Shown piece after piece: positions 1 to 15,814 of a stretch of DNA of 64,000 nt. The stretch lies in NCBI RefSeq assembly GCF_009914755.1, contig NC_060935.1; one strand, written 5' to 3'. Under the pieces are notes generated by a model. That model saw nothing but the letters and a program-made list of their open reading frames with translations. It did not search any database and was not told the origin of the DNA. Source of the DNA: the human T2T-CHM13v2.0 reference genome, Homo sapiens. Position numbers and translations under genes: made by a program. How positions within the stretch are numbered: the stretch's first letter is position 1; every line of letters starts with the position of its first letter.

Positions 1-817
1 TGAGAATTCAGTACTACCCCATTTATTTCAAAATAAAAGTTAAATTTTTGTTAAATTTTTGTTACATTTGAATGTGACAAGTTATGTATGATGCCATACG
101 ATTTAATGTGCTTTAGGAAAGAGTTCAGTACTTGACATTTTCTTTACTATGTGTGACACGATTGGAGTAGGAAATTTCCTAGAGAGAATAATGACTTTTA
201 TTTCTTTGATAACTTATGATGATCTGCTAAAACTTTTTTAAATACACAATATTTATAATTTGCTTTTTAAAGAAAACAATATTGTAAAATAGTTATCTTC
301 TACATGTTAGAACATAGACTTTAAAACATAATTTAAAATATACAGCAAAAATTACAAAGGTGCAAATGCCAAATTGCTTTATCTTACTGAATAATCACTA
401 AGAGAATGTACCATTTTAGTAGAAATTAATAGGTTGTATTGATTAATTGAACCCCTTTTAAAGCCAACATATCTATTGGTTATACATTTCTGTGTATTCT
501 AACATGCAAGCTGGTAACACTAAATGGCTCTTCAATTTTTTAAACCAGGGAGTCCTTCAGCAATATGGCAAAAATGCTAGTGGATCCTGTGTCTTTTAAT
601 AATTTTCAAAACTGTTTAATCATTTTGAAATCATTTTTTGATCACTGACCACCTTAAAAATTGAAGAGGAAGGATGTACTTTCTTAAAATATGTTCATAC
701 ATATACATATAGAACTTTATTATATAATTTTGAGATGTATGAAGTTAATATCTTCTTTGCTATCCTGGTTATTCCTTTCACTTTCACTCCTTTCCTCTAC
801 CATGGCCCTCTTTGTAG

Positions 818-1005
818 GAGTGGTTCTCAAAGTGTGGTCTCCAGACCAATATCATTAGCATCACCTGAGACCTTGGCAGAAATATGAATTCTTGTACCAC
901 CCCCCACCTACCCTCCAGACTACTGAATCAGAAACTCCCAGTGTGTTTACTTGCAATTTGTTTTATCAAGCTCTTGAGGTGCGTGTCAACTTTGGGGAAA
1001 TACTG
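818..1005 (+). mobile_element. MER5A-like hAT-Charlie MITE
   Basis: Starts agtggttctcaaagtgtggtc, contains tactgaatcagaaactc, and ends in a degenerate TIR (actg). Confidence 0.8.
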
Positions 1006-2235
1006 CAGTCAGAATTCACATCCAAAAAGGCAGTACCTGCCATGTCACCTTTCCATCTATCTCCACTACACTTTGTGAACATTTATGACTACATCCACCA
1101 TGGATCTTTATAAAATGACTGGGGACCTTATTTTTTGTTAAAAGCCTATTTTTATTGTTTACTTGCCTGCAAATTAGTTCTTAGGAAAGTTCTACTCCAA
1201 CTATTTTAACAAATAATTATAAACGTTGAATAATTTGTATTTTTTTCATTTAAGGTATTACCTCATGTTTTAAAACATAATATTTATGTTAAATAACAGT
1301 TTACTATTTATGCAGAACTTTAGTAGCCCTTATGAAATTTGATACTCTCATCCTGCTTTTACTTAAGAAGACTGTGAAAGAGTTACATCCTGGTAGAGCA
1401 TTAAAGCCTGTACTGTAATTCTGATGTTGTGATTCCTAGATCAGAGTTCTTTCCACCTTACTGCTCATTAAATATTTTGCTAGATCAAGCAGCTAAATTA
1501 TAGTGTTTGTTATAAGATGCAGTTATCAGCTTTGTTTGTTTGAACTGAACTGCATATACTCATCTTCAAAGGCCTATCAAATACTGGGATGGAACTCTGC
1601 CTACTCCCTCATCTATAGCTTTACTTAGCAACATTTTATTATATGTACTTATAATGTAAATCAATTTTTATTGATTTAAGGGAAAAAAGGGGCCTGCATA
1701 TAACAAGAATCTTTAATCTTTTGGAATTTTCCTTTATATCCCTAACTTAATATCATCATCCCAAGTTAATAGAATACACTTTCTCTTTTTTAGCAAGAGA
1801 TTTTAACTTCCAGAGCTTGTCCTTTTGTTTGTCCTTTTTCATTCATTTAGCAAATAAAAACAGAAGTACATTATTGTAAGGACTTTATGCCATGCTAAAA
1901 GAAGTTTTATCATTATTATTTGAAAGTAAACTGTGGTAAGTTAAAGATGTGTACATAAGTCATAACACAATGATAAAAATGAAAGTACCAAAGAGGTATG
2001 CATAATGAGCCAAAATAGGACATAAGATGGAAACATAACCTTTATCAATTAATACAAAAGCAAGATCAGGAAATAAAAAGTCAGAAATTACAAGTATCAG
2101 GAATTAGAGACAGGACATCACTGCATTTCCTACAGACATTAAAAGGATATTAAGGGAATGTTATTAATAATTTTATGCCTACAAATTCAACAACTTAGGT
2201 GAAATACACAAATTCCTTGAAATAAATTCACCACT

Positions 2236-2444
2236 GCTGGGCGCAGTGGCTCACGCCTGTAATCCCAGCACTTTGGGAGGCCGAGGCACATGGATCACGA
2301 GGTCAGGAGTTCAAGACCAGCCTGACCAACATGGTGAAACCCTGTCTCTACTAAAAATACAAAAATTAGCTGGGCTTGGTGGCACGTGCCTGTAATCCCA
2401 GCTACTCGGGAGGCTGAGGCAGAAGAATTGTTTGAACCCAGGAG
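2236..2444 (+). mobile_element. AluS, 3'-truncated (no end of right arm, no tail)
   Basis: Alu left arm and linker are present. The right arm stops at gaacccaggag and runs directly into L1 ORF2. Confidence 0.92.
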
Positions 2445-4997
<2,553 letters not shown>

Positions 4998-5296
4998 ATG
5001 GAGTCTTTCTTTGTCGCCAGGCTGGAGTACAGTGGCACAATCTGGGCTCACTGCAACATCCGCCTCCTGGGTTCAAGCCATTCTCCTACCTCAGCCTCCC
5101 AAGTAGCTGAGACTACAGGCGCATGCCACCACACCCAGCTAATTTTTATATTTTTAGTTGAGACGGGGTTTCACCATGTTGGTCAGGGGGGTTTCACCAT
5201 GTTGGTCAGGATGGTCTCGATCTCTTGACCTCATGATCTGTCTGCCTCAGCCTCCCAAATTGCTAGGATTACAGGCGTGAGCCATCACACCTGGCC
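4998..5296 (-). mobile_element. AluSc-like, lacking its tail, with an internal 23-bp duplication
   Basis: Antisense Alu body; ggggtttcaccatgttggtcagg occurs twice at 5165-5210. Confidence 0.92.
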
Positions 5297-5476
5297 CAAT
5301 AAAGTGATTTTTAAAAAGCCAACAAAGACATTATAGGTGAAAACCCTTCACAAATTTGCTTCATGCACATAATCACAAACACTAAACTTCTTACAAGATA
5401 TTAGTAAATTGAATCCAACAAAATGTAAAATGGATAATGCATCATCCCCACAATACTAGTGTAGGCTAACATTTTA

Positions 5477-5800
<324 letters not shown>

Positions 5801-6448
5801 TTACCATAATAGACTCATAAAGAAAAATTGTAACATTATCTCAATACAGAAAAATCATTAGAAAAATTTAACAGCTAGTCGTGATTAAAAAAAAAAAAAA
5901 ACTTTAGCAAACTAAGATTAGAAGTGAACCTCTACAGCCAGATGAAAGGGCATCTATGAAAAAGATACAACTAATATGACAGTAAAAGACTATATGCTTT
6001 CCTTTTATGATCAGGAATGAGGCATTAAGCTCCACTTCTATTCAATGTTGCACCACATATCCTAGCTAGTAAAAATATTAAGAAAAATAAATACAAGTCA
6101 TGCAGATTGGAAAGAAAGAAGGAAGCCTGCCTTTATTTGCAGAGGATACTATCATCTATTTACAAAATCTTAAGGAATCTACAAAAAAGATTTAGAGCTA
6201 GTAAGAGTTTGTTTAGCAAGATTGTGGGATATAAGGTAAATATATAAAAACTTAATTGTAGCTCTATATGTGAAAACAAATTATTGAAAATTGAAATTTA
6301 AAAATATTATGTGCATTACCTTTCTACACACTGAAAACTATAAAATGTTGACTAGTGAAATTGAAGAAGACCTAAATATATGGAAAGATGCATTGAAAGA
6401 TGTACTGTGCTTGTGGATCAAGAGACCTAGTGTTAAAATGTTAGTTCT

Positions 6449-9400
6449 AAGATGGCCAATTAGAAGCAGCTGCAGTCTGTGGCACTATGGAGAGGAATGA
6501 AAGGGCAAGTGAATTCAGCACCTTCAACTGAAATATCCATGTTCTCGCATTGGAAATGACAAGGCAAAGAACTCACAGAGAACAAAGAAAAGCAGTGTGG
6601 GGTAATGGCCCACCTGGGAGTGGCATGGAGCCAAAGGAACCCCCATCCCCAGCCAAGGGAAGCAGTGAGTGATTGTTCGACCCCACCTGGGAAACCACAT
6701 TTCTCCCACACATCTTTGCAACCCATAGATGAGGATATCCCCTCATGAGCCCACACCACCAGGGCCTTGGGTCCGAAACACAGAGCTGTGTGGAGTCTGC
6801 ACAGCAGCTGCTCAGGTACACACACACAGGCCCAGGAGTTTTACATACTCCAGTCCTGTGCTACCCAGCAAGGAAAGAGTCCACCTGTATATATCCCTAA
6901 AGAAGGGGGCTGAATTCAGGGAGCCAAGCAGCGTCATTCTGCAGGGCCCACTTCCATGGCACTTCACAAGGTAAGACCCACTGGCCTGGAATTCTGGCCA
7001 GCCCACAGCAACAGGCTGGAGTCTGCCTGAGGCAGGAACAAGTTTCTTGGGGTAGGGGTGGCGGCCGTCTCTGCGATTTGGTAGACTTAGCCATTCCAGC
7101 CTGCTGGCTTGGGAGAATACAAACAGTCCAGATGAGGAAGGGTCCCCCCTCAATGCAGCACACTTGCTCTACAAAAATGAGCCAGACTGATTCTTTAAGT
7201 GGTTCCGTGATCCCATTCCTCCTGACTGGATGAGACCTCCCAACAGGAGTCTCCAGATACCTCCTACAGGCACATTTGGGCTGACAACCAGTCATTATCC
7301 CGCTGGGACAGAGCTTCCAGAGGAAGGAGCAGGCTGCCATCTCTGCTGTTTCACAGCCTTCACTGGTGATGCCTCCAGATACAGGAAAAATCAAGGCAAC
7401 TAGGGTCTAGAGTGGACCCCCAGCAAACCACAGCAGCCTTGTGGAAGGGTGGCCTGACTGGTTAAAAAAAAAAAAACCACACAGAAAACAATATTTAAAA
7501 TAAAAGACCCTACAAAAACCCCAAAGGTCAGCAACCTCAAAGATCAAAGATAGATGAGCCCACAAAGATGAGAAAGAATCAATGCAACAACACCAAAAAC
7601 TGAAAAGCCAGAGTGCCTCTTCTCCTCCAAATGACTGCAACACCTCTACTGCAAGGGCACAGAACTGGGCTGAGGCTGAGATGGCGGAATTGACAGAAGT
7701 AGGCTTCAGAAGGTGTGTAATAACGAAATTTGCTGAGCTAAAGGAGCATGTTATAATCCAATGCAAAGAAGCTAAGAATCATGGTAAAACCATTCAGGAG
7801 CCGAGAGCCAGAATAGCCAGTTTAGAGAGGAACATAGCCAACCTGATGAAGATGAAAAACACAACACGAGAACTTCACAATGCAATCAGAAGTATCAATA
7901 GCAGAATAGACCAAGCAGAGGAAAGAATCTCAGAGCTTGAAGACTGTCTTTCTGAAACAAGACAGGCAGACAAGAATAGAGAAAAAAGAATGGAAAGGAA
8001 TGAATAAAACCTCCGAGAAATATGGGGCTATGTAAAGAGACCTAACCTCTGACTGACTAGGATATCTGGAAGAGATCCATTCTGGGGAGAATGGAACCAA
8101 CTTGGAAAACATATTTCAGGATATCATCCAGGAGAACTTCCCCAACCTAGCAAGACAGGCCAACATTCAAATTCAAGAAATGTAGAGAACCTTAGTAAGA
8201 TACTTAACAAGAAGATCAACCCCAAGATGCATAGCAAGGCAGGCCAACATTCAAATTCAGGAAATGCAGAGAACCCTAGTAAGATACTCTACAAGAAGAT
8301 CAACCCTGAGACACATAATCATCAGATTCTCCAAGGTTGAAATAAAAGAAAAAGTATTAAGGGCAGTCACAGAGAAAGGACACGTCACTCACAAAGGGAA
8401 GCCCATCAGACTAACAATAGATCTCTCAGCAGAAACCCTACAAGCCATAAGAGATTGGGGGCCAATATTCAACATTCTTAAAGAAAAGAATATTTAACCC
8501 AGAAGTTCATATCTGGCCAACCAAGCTTCATAAGCAAAGAAGAAATAAGATCCTTTTCAGACAAGTAAATGCTGAGGGAATTGGTCATCACCAGGCCTGC
8601 CTTACAAAAGCTCCTGCAGGAAGCACTAAATATAGAAATGAAAACCTGTTACCAGCCACTACAAAAACACACTGAGGAACACAGACCAGTGACACTATGG
8701 AGAAACCACATAAACAAGTATGCAAAATAACCAGCTAACATCATGGTAACAGGATGAAAGTCACACATAACAGTACTAATCTTAAAAGGAAGTGGGCTAA
8801 ATGCTCCAATTAAAAGACACAGAGTGGCAAGCTGTATGAAGAACTAAGGCCCATTGGTATGCTGTCCTCGAGAGATGCACCTCACGTGCAAAGACACACA
8901 TAGGCTCAAAATAAAGGCAGGGAAGAAAATTTACCAAGCAAATGGAAAACAGAAAAATGCAGGGGTTGCAATCCTAGTTTCTGACAAAACAGACTTCAAA
9001 CCAACAAAGATTAAAAAAAGACAAAGAAGGACATTACATAATGGTAAAGGGCTCAATTCAACATGAAGAGCTAACTATCTCAAATAGATATGCACCCAGA
9101 TTCATAAAGCAAGTTCTTAGAAACCTACAAAGAGACTTAGACTCCCACACAATAGTGGGAGACTTTAACCATTGACAATATTAGACCATCGAGGTAGAAA
9201 ATTAACAAAGATATTCAGGACCTGAACTCAGCTAAGGATCAGGTGGATGTGATAGATATCTATACGACTCTCCACCCAAAAACAACAGAATATACATTCT
9301 TCTCATTGCCACATGGTACATACTATAAAATTGATCACATAATTAATTGAAATTAAAACTCTCCTCAGCAAATGCAAAAGAACTGAAATCATAACAAACG

Positions 9401-10855
9401 GTCTCTTAGACCACAATGCAATCAAATTAGAACTCAAGATTAAGAAATTAACTCAAAACACCACAACTACATGGGAATTGAACAACTTGCTCCTGAATGA
9501 CTCTTGGGTAAATAATGAAATTAAGGTGGAAATCAAGAAATTCTTTGAAACTAATGAGAATGAAGAGACAATGTAGCAGAATCTCTGGGATGCAGCTAAA
9601 GCAGTGTTAAGCAGGAAATTTATAGTACTAAATGCCCACATCAAAAAGCTGGAAAGATCTCAAGTTAACAACCTAACATGCCAACTAAAAGAATTAGAGA
9701 ACCAAGAGCAAACAAACTGCAAAGCTAGCAGAAGACAAGAAATTACCGAGATCAGAGCTGAACTTTAAAAAGCCTTTAGAAAAAAATCAAAGAATCCAAG
9801 AACTGGTTTTTTTTTTTTATAACAAAATAGACCACTAGCTAGAATAATAAAGAAGAAAAGAGAGAAGAATCTAATAAACACAATCAGAAATGATAAGGGA
9901 GATATCACAACTCATGCCACAGAAAAACACAAACAACTATCACAGAATACTATAAACACGTCTATACACATAAACCAGGCCATCTAGAAGAAATGGATAA
10001 ATTCCTGGACACATACACCCTCCCAAGACTGAAGCAGGAAGAAATTGAATCCCTGAATAGACCAATAATGAATTCTGAAATTGAGGCTGTAATAAGTAGC
10101 CTACCACCAAAAGAGGCCCAGGACCAGATGGATTCACAGCTGAATTCTACCAGAGGTACAAAGAAGAGCTGGTACCGTTTCTACTGCAACTATTCCAAAA
10201 AATTGAAAAGGAAAGACTCTTCCCTAACTTATTCTATAAAGCCAACATCATGCTGACACCAAAACTTGGCAGAGACAACAAAAAAAGAAAATTTTAGGCC
10301 AATATCCTTGATGAACATCCATGTAAAAATTCTCAATAAAATACTGGCAAACCAAATCCCACAGCACATCAAAAAGCTTATCCACCGTGATCAAGTTGGC
10401 TTCATCCCTGGGATGCAAGGTTTGTTCAACATATGCGAATCAATAGATGTGTTTCATTGCATAAACAGAATGAAAGACAAAAAACACATGATTATCTCAA
10501 TAGATGCACAGAAGGCCTTCTGTAAAATTCAGCATCCTATTATGTTAAAAACTCTCAATAAACTAGGTATTGAAGGAACATATCTCAGGATAGAGAGCCA
10601 TATATGACAAACCCATAGTGATGTAATAATGAATGGGCAAAAGTGGGAAGTATTCCCCTTGAAAACTGGCACAAGACAAGGATGCCCTCCCTCACCACTC
10701 CTATTCAACATAGTATTGAAAGTTCTAGCCAGGGCAATTGGGAAAGAGAAAGAGATAAATGGTACTCAAATAGGAAGAGAGGAAGTCAAATTGTTTTTGT
10801 TTGCAGATGACATGATCCTATATCTAGAAAACTCCATAATCTCAACCCAAAAGCT
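6449..10855 (+). mobile_element. Older L1PA (about PA11-16/L1PREC2-like): 5' UTR, ORF1 (ATG 7568) and ORF2 EN-RT (ATG about 8743); 3'-truncated and inactive
   Basis: 5' end aagatggcc, ORF1 coiled-coil and RRM peptides, [19 protein letters not shown] and FADD (10800-10811). Many stops and frameshifts. Confidence 0.92.
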
Positions 10856-11057
10856 AGGAATACCTCTGCAGGATTTTTTTGTAAGTATTGGCAATTTGAG
10901 TCTATTTTTTTTTCTTTTTGCAAAAATGCAAAGGGTCTACTGTAGACCGTTTTATGAAAACGAGAAAAAAATGGAAGGTCTTACACTTTGTGATTTCAAA
11001 CATTATGAAGATATTGTCATCAAAATACTGTGGCATTGGCATAAAGCCAGATACAGA

Positions 11058-11175
11058 GATCAATGAAATGGAAATCAATGGAATGAAGATCAGTGGAATG
11101 GAATCCATTAATCAATGGATTGGAATGGATCAATGGAATGGAAGGAATCAGTGGAGATCAGTGGAATGGAATAAG
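11058..11175 (+). repeat. Degenerate (GGAAT)n / atcaatggaatg repeat patch
   Basis: Repeated atca(a/g)tggaatgga units are directly visible. Confidence 0.85.
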
Positions 11176-11298
11176 AATCCAGATAGACCCCGAAATATAT
11201 AATCAATTGATTTTCACCAATAGGCTAAGGTAATTAAATAAGAAAAGGAAAATCTCTTTAACAAATGGTACTAGAGTAATTAAATAGCCAAAAGCCAA

Positions 11299-11304
<6 letters not shown>

Positions 11305-11334
<30 letters not shown>
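11305..11334 (+). repeat. A30 mononucleotide tract
   Basis: 30 consecutive A residues. Confidence 0.95.
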
Positions 11335-11336
<2 letters not shown>

Positions 11337-11749
11337 CTGCAACTGTGTCTCCAAAGATATACAAAAATTATCCCCAAAGTAATCATAAACATTAATAAAA
11401 CTTCACTAAAATTTTTTAGTGACTTTGTGTTTGACAGTGATTTCTTAAATAGGACACCAAAAATGAACTATAAAAAGAAAAAGTGATACATTGGACTTTA
11501 CCAAAATTTTAACCTTCTCTTTAAAAGACACTTATAAAAATGAAAAGCAAGCCACAGAATAGGAGAAAATAATTTCAAGACATATACTTAACAAAGGAAC
11601 CTACAGCTAGATTTTTTCAAAAAACTCAATAAACATCTCAATTATAAAAATGCAAAAAAAAATTGTATAGATATTTTATTAAGACTTGTGGATGGGAAAG
11701 AAGCACATAAAAATGTAGGTGTCATTAGGAATATCAGAACTGCAATGAG

Positions 11750-12170
11750 AATATCAATATATAAAGATCAGTTGTATTTCTGTATAATAGCAATGAATCC
11801 TAGTATATGGCACTCACAGTACCCAAAATGAAATTAAGAACTTAATTCCACTTATAATAGCATTGAAAAGAATGAAGTAGATGGGAATAAATTTAACAAA
11901 AGGAGATCAAGACTTGTGCACTGAGAGCTACACAACATCATTGAAAGAAATTAAAGACTACTTAAGTAAATGGAAAACCATCCTTTGTTTAGGGGGAAAG
12001 GGAGAATGACTGCATGGATCCAGAGTATTTTGGGGGATTGATAAAAATATTCTGGAATTAGTGGTTATGCTTGTACAACCTTGTGAATATATTAAAACCC
12101 ACTAAATCATACACTCTAGAGAGGTGACTTTGATGGTATATTAATTATATATCAGTAAAAACATTTTTTA
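11750..12170 (+). mobile_element. L1MB/MC-like fragment (ORF2 piece joined to 3' UTR) nested in the older L1M
   Basis: L1 ORF2-like sequence followed by an L1MB-like 3' end. Possible degenerate TSD caatgaga on both sides. Confidence 0.55.
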
Positions 12171-12830
12171 AATCACAATGAGATAGCCCTGCACACTAGC
12201 TTGATTGGTTTATAGCTTAAATTAAAAAGCCAAATGGTACCAAGTGTTGATATGGATCAGGAACAACTTGAATTTTCAGATATTGCTGATAGTTTAGCTT
12301 TTTCTTATAAGGTTAAACATATACTTAACATATTTGCCCACTATATCACTCGTGAATATTGACCCAAGAGAAACGAAAGCATATGCCATACAAATACTTA
12401 TTTGTGAATGTTCAAAGCAACTTAATTTTTAAGAGTCAAAAACTAGAAACAGCTCAACATTCAAGAGGTGAAATGATAAATTTTTGTTATATCCATAAAA
12501 TTGGAGTGCTACTCAGAAATTCAAACAATGACTATTTGATTTATGCAACTACATGGATACACCCAGTGTTCTGCTGGCAAATGTTTAAAAACTGGCTCTC
12601 CAAAAAAAAAAAAAAAGAGGAGGCAACTTTGATCTATATAGCATTTTCTCATTTCCATGGTACAAATGCTCCTGCCATGACTGATTTCAAGTTACCAATA
12701 TAAGGTCAATGAATGTGGAGTTAAGAAGAGATGCCTAGTAGCAAACTATTTTATAGTATTTCTTCTATCCATGTCTTCTATCCGGTATTTCTTCTGTCTT
12801 ATATCCAATAGACATAATCTTGAACACAGA

Positions 12831-13128
12831 TTTCTTGTTTTGTTTTGTAGAGACAGGGTCTCACTCTGTCACCTAGGCAGGAGTACAGTGGTACATTCCT
12901 AGCTCACTGCAACCTCCAACTCCTGAGCTCAATAGATCCTCCCACCTCAGCCTCCTGAGTAGCTAGGAGTATAGGCACATGCCCTCACACAAGGCTAATT
13001 TTTTTATTTTCTGTAGAGATGATAGGTACTCACCATGTTGGCCAGGCTGTTTTTGAACCCCTGTGGTCAAGCGATCCTCTTGCCTCAGCCTCTCAAAGTG
13101 CTGGGATTACAGGTGGCGCCACCTGGCC
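12831..13128 (-). mobile_element. AluJ
   Basis: Antisense Alu dimer with J-type features. Confidence 0.9.
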
Positions 13129-13147
13129 CAGCTTAAATAAACATCAT

Positions 13148-13488
13148 TCTTTATTCAGGTTGCTATTACAAATTTTGATAGACTGGGTGGCTTAAACATT
13201 TATTTCTTACAGTTCTGAAGGCTGAGAAATCTAAGATCGGGTGCCAGCATGGTTGGGTTCTGATGACGGCCGCCTTCCACATTGCAGGCAGCCAACTTTT
13301 CCTTGTATCCTCATATGGTGGAAAGAGTGCAGGCTAGCTCTCTAACCTCTTATTATAAGAGCATTAATCCCATTTATGAGGGTGAAGCCTCATAACCTTC
13401 ACCCTCATAACCTATTTCCTTCCAGAGGTCCCACCTCCAAATACCATTAGTGATTAGCTTTCAACAAGACGTCTGAGGGGACACAACA
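13148..13488 (-). mobile_element. MLT1A-like MaLR solo LTR
   Basis: Contains gactgggtggcttaaac...cacagttctg-type sequence and ends ggggacacaaca. Confidence 0.8.
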
Positions 13489-13803
13489 TAATAAAAATTG
13501 TAAAATAATATGAAAAGATGAGGTTTGAATATTTGTTAACTGTTTTAAAATAACATTTAATTTATAACTTTTAAAATAATGGCTATTTAACAACGAATTT
13601 AAATAATTTATAAAATTTTAAGACTTGGCTCTCACTAGCCTTTGTGAGCTGGTTCAATCACATTACTGGATAAATCTCAAAATAATTATACATAACAAAA
13701 AAAAGAAGGTTAAAAGTTTAATATTTAAAAGTTTAATGTTTATAAATACTATATATATAAATTTCATTATATACATAATTCTAGAAAATTCAAATTAGTA
13801 TGT

Positions 13804-14301
13804 TGTTGGGAACAGGCCCCCAAATCTGGCCATAAACTGGCCATAAACAAAATCTCTGCCAGCACTGTGACATGTACGTGATGGCCATGATGCCCACGCT
13901 GAAGGTTGTGGGTTTACCAGAATGAGGGCAATGAACACCTGGCCCACCCAGGACAGAAAATGGCTTAAGGCGTTCCTAAACCACAAACAATAGTATGAGC
14001 AATCTGTGCCTTAAAGACATGTTCCTGCTGCAGATAACTAGTCAAAGCCTATCCCTTTGTTTTGGCCCATCCCTTTGTTTCCCATAAGGAATACTTTTAG
14101 TTAATCTATAATCTATAGAAACAATGCTTATCACTGGCTTGCTGTCAGTAAATATGTGGGTAAAACTCTGTTCGAGGCTCTCAGCTCTGAAGGCTGTCAG
14201 CCCCCTGATTTCCTACTCCACACTTTATATTTCTGTGTGTGTGTCTTTAATTCCTCTAGCCTTGCTGGATTAGGATCTCCACAACCAAGCTGGTCTTAGC
14301 A
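13804..14301 (+). mobile_element. MER9 solo LTR (HERV-K9/HML-3)
   Basis: TGTTGGGAACAGGCCCCC...CA termini, 6-bp TSD gtatgt/gtgtgt. Confidence 0.9.
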
Positions 14302-15395
14302 GTGTGTATTAACATACTAGCAATTGTCTGTTAATTAGTTGGTGGGGGTAGGACTGATGGATTACAAATGTAAACAAACTTTTGAGAGTGAAAATATTGT
14401 CAATAATTTTTAGTTATATTTTTATTTTACCCTATACAAGTTTAAATACTATTTAGACCCTAAAATTCCATTTAATTTACTGAACATCTATGTTAGCTTG
14501 GAAGACTATATGTAAGATTTTTCAACATCCATGCACATAAACACACAAAATCTATGGCTAAACTGATGATTGTTATCTAGTTTGTGCTTCAGTTAATAGC
14601 TGGCTAATTTAGTATCAAAAATATAACAAACTAATGGGCTTGAACCCAGGTTTGTTTCACCTCAAGCATTTGATTGATTGGTCGCGTTAATGCGCAGAAA
14701 TTAGTGCGACTGCCTCAGTAATTGTTTTATGTTCTAATTTATATTAATAGCCACCATACCAAGTGAAACGAACAATTACTATTGAAATATTTTTGTGCCA
14801 TTTTGCATTAGTAGTTATGTTTAAATAAATTCTATATAAAAATTCATAAATGTGTTGTTTCTTGTTACGGCTCATTTAACATGGTTAGTGTGCTAAATTG
14901 TGGAAATCAAAACTCAATACTACTAGCTTTACAATGTTTATAGATCAAATGTTAACGTAAACCCACAGAGCCCATTTAACTCTACTCTTGATGTATGTTT
15001 GGTTAAAATTTTTGAGAAAATATTAATAGAAATTATAACCCCAACATGCCTACATACATACATACTTTTAACTATGGCAACATGATATTGGCCTAAATGA
15101 ATGTATCACAGAAAACAATGTACAAATAATCCACAATTTTTTAAACTCTCAAGGAATGTAATAGCATGAAGACATCTCAGTAAATATTATTTCAATAAAT
15201 TTCACGGAAGTAAATATACATTCAATGTAGTTTTACTAGATGAAAGAAATGTTACAGATTATCATTTTACTTGCTGAACATACTTAATGATAAACTTACC
15301 TTCGTCTTTCCCAGAGCTAAGCTTCACTATAAGTATTCCTAATGTATACCATGCTGTAGATAGTATAATCTGTTCATATTTTAAAAGACAAATAC

Positions 15396-15751
15396 TGTCT
15401 TAGACAAATTGTCACAACAAAATACTGTAGACTAGGTAGCTTAAATAACAGACATTTCTCACAGTTCTGAAAGCTGGGAAGTCCAAGATCAAAGGGCTGG
15501 CAGATCTGGTGGTATCTGATAAAAGTTTACAGATAGCCATCTTTTCCTTGTATCTTCACACTGTGGAGGGAAGAAAGAGAAAGCAAGCCCTCTCATATCT
15601 TTTTACAAGGGCACTAATCCCACCACGAGGGGCTGCTCCATTCTCATGAGCTTATTACTTCTTAAAGGCCTTGCCTCCTAATATTATCACATTGGGGCTT
15701 AAGATTTCAACATATGCATCTTGTGGGGACACACACATTCAGTCCACAGCA
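15396..15751 (-). mobile_element. MLT1A0-like MaLR solo LTR
   Basis: TG...CA termini, 5-bp TSD aatac/aatat, typical MLT1A sequence. Confidence 0.85.
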
Positions 15752-15814
15752 AATATTAACTAAATCGCTTTTTAAAAACTGTACACATTTTGAGTAGAAT
15801 TTATCATTCTCCAC

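Larger units (their letters stand above)
12564..13668 (-). mobile_element. MER63-like hAT-Blackjack element interrupted by AluJ and MLT1A
   Basis: cagtg...actg termini, 8-bp TSD gatacacc/gataaatc (6/8 match), MER63-like internal sequence. Confidence 0.75.

Noticed and set aside
530-620. Acceptor-like tttttaaaccag|GGAG at 548 as a further DYNC2H1 exon
   Set aside because: No dynein-like peptide in any frame and no convincing donor. The preceding true exon appears to lie upstream of the window.
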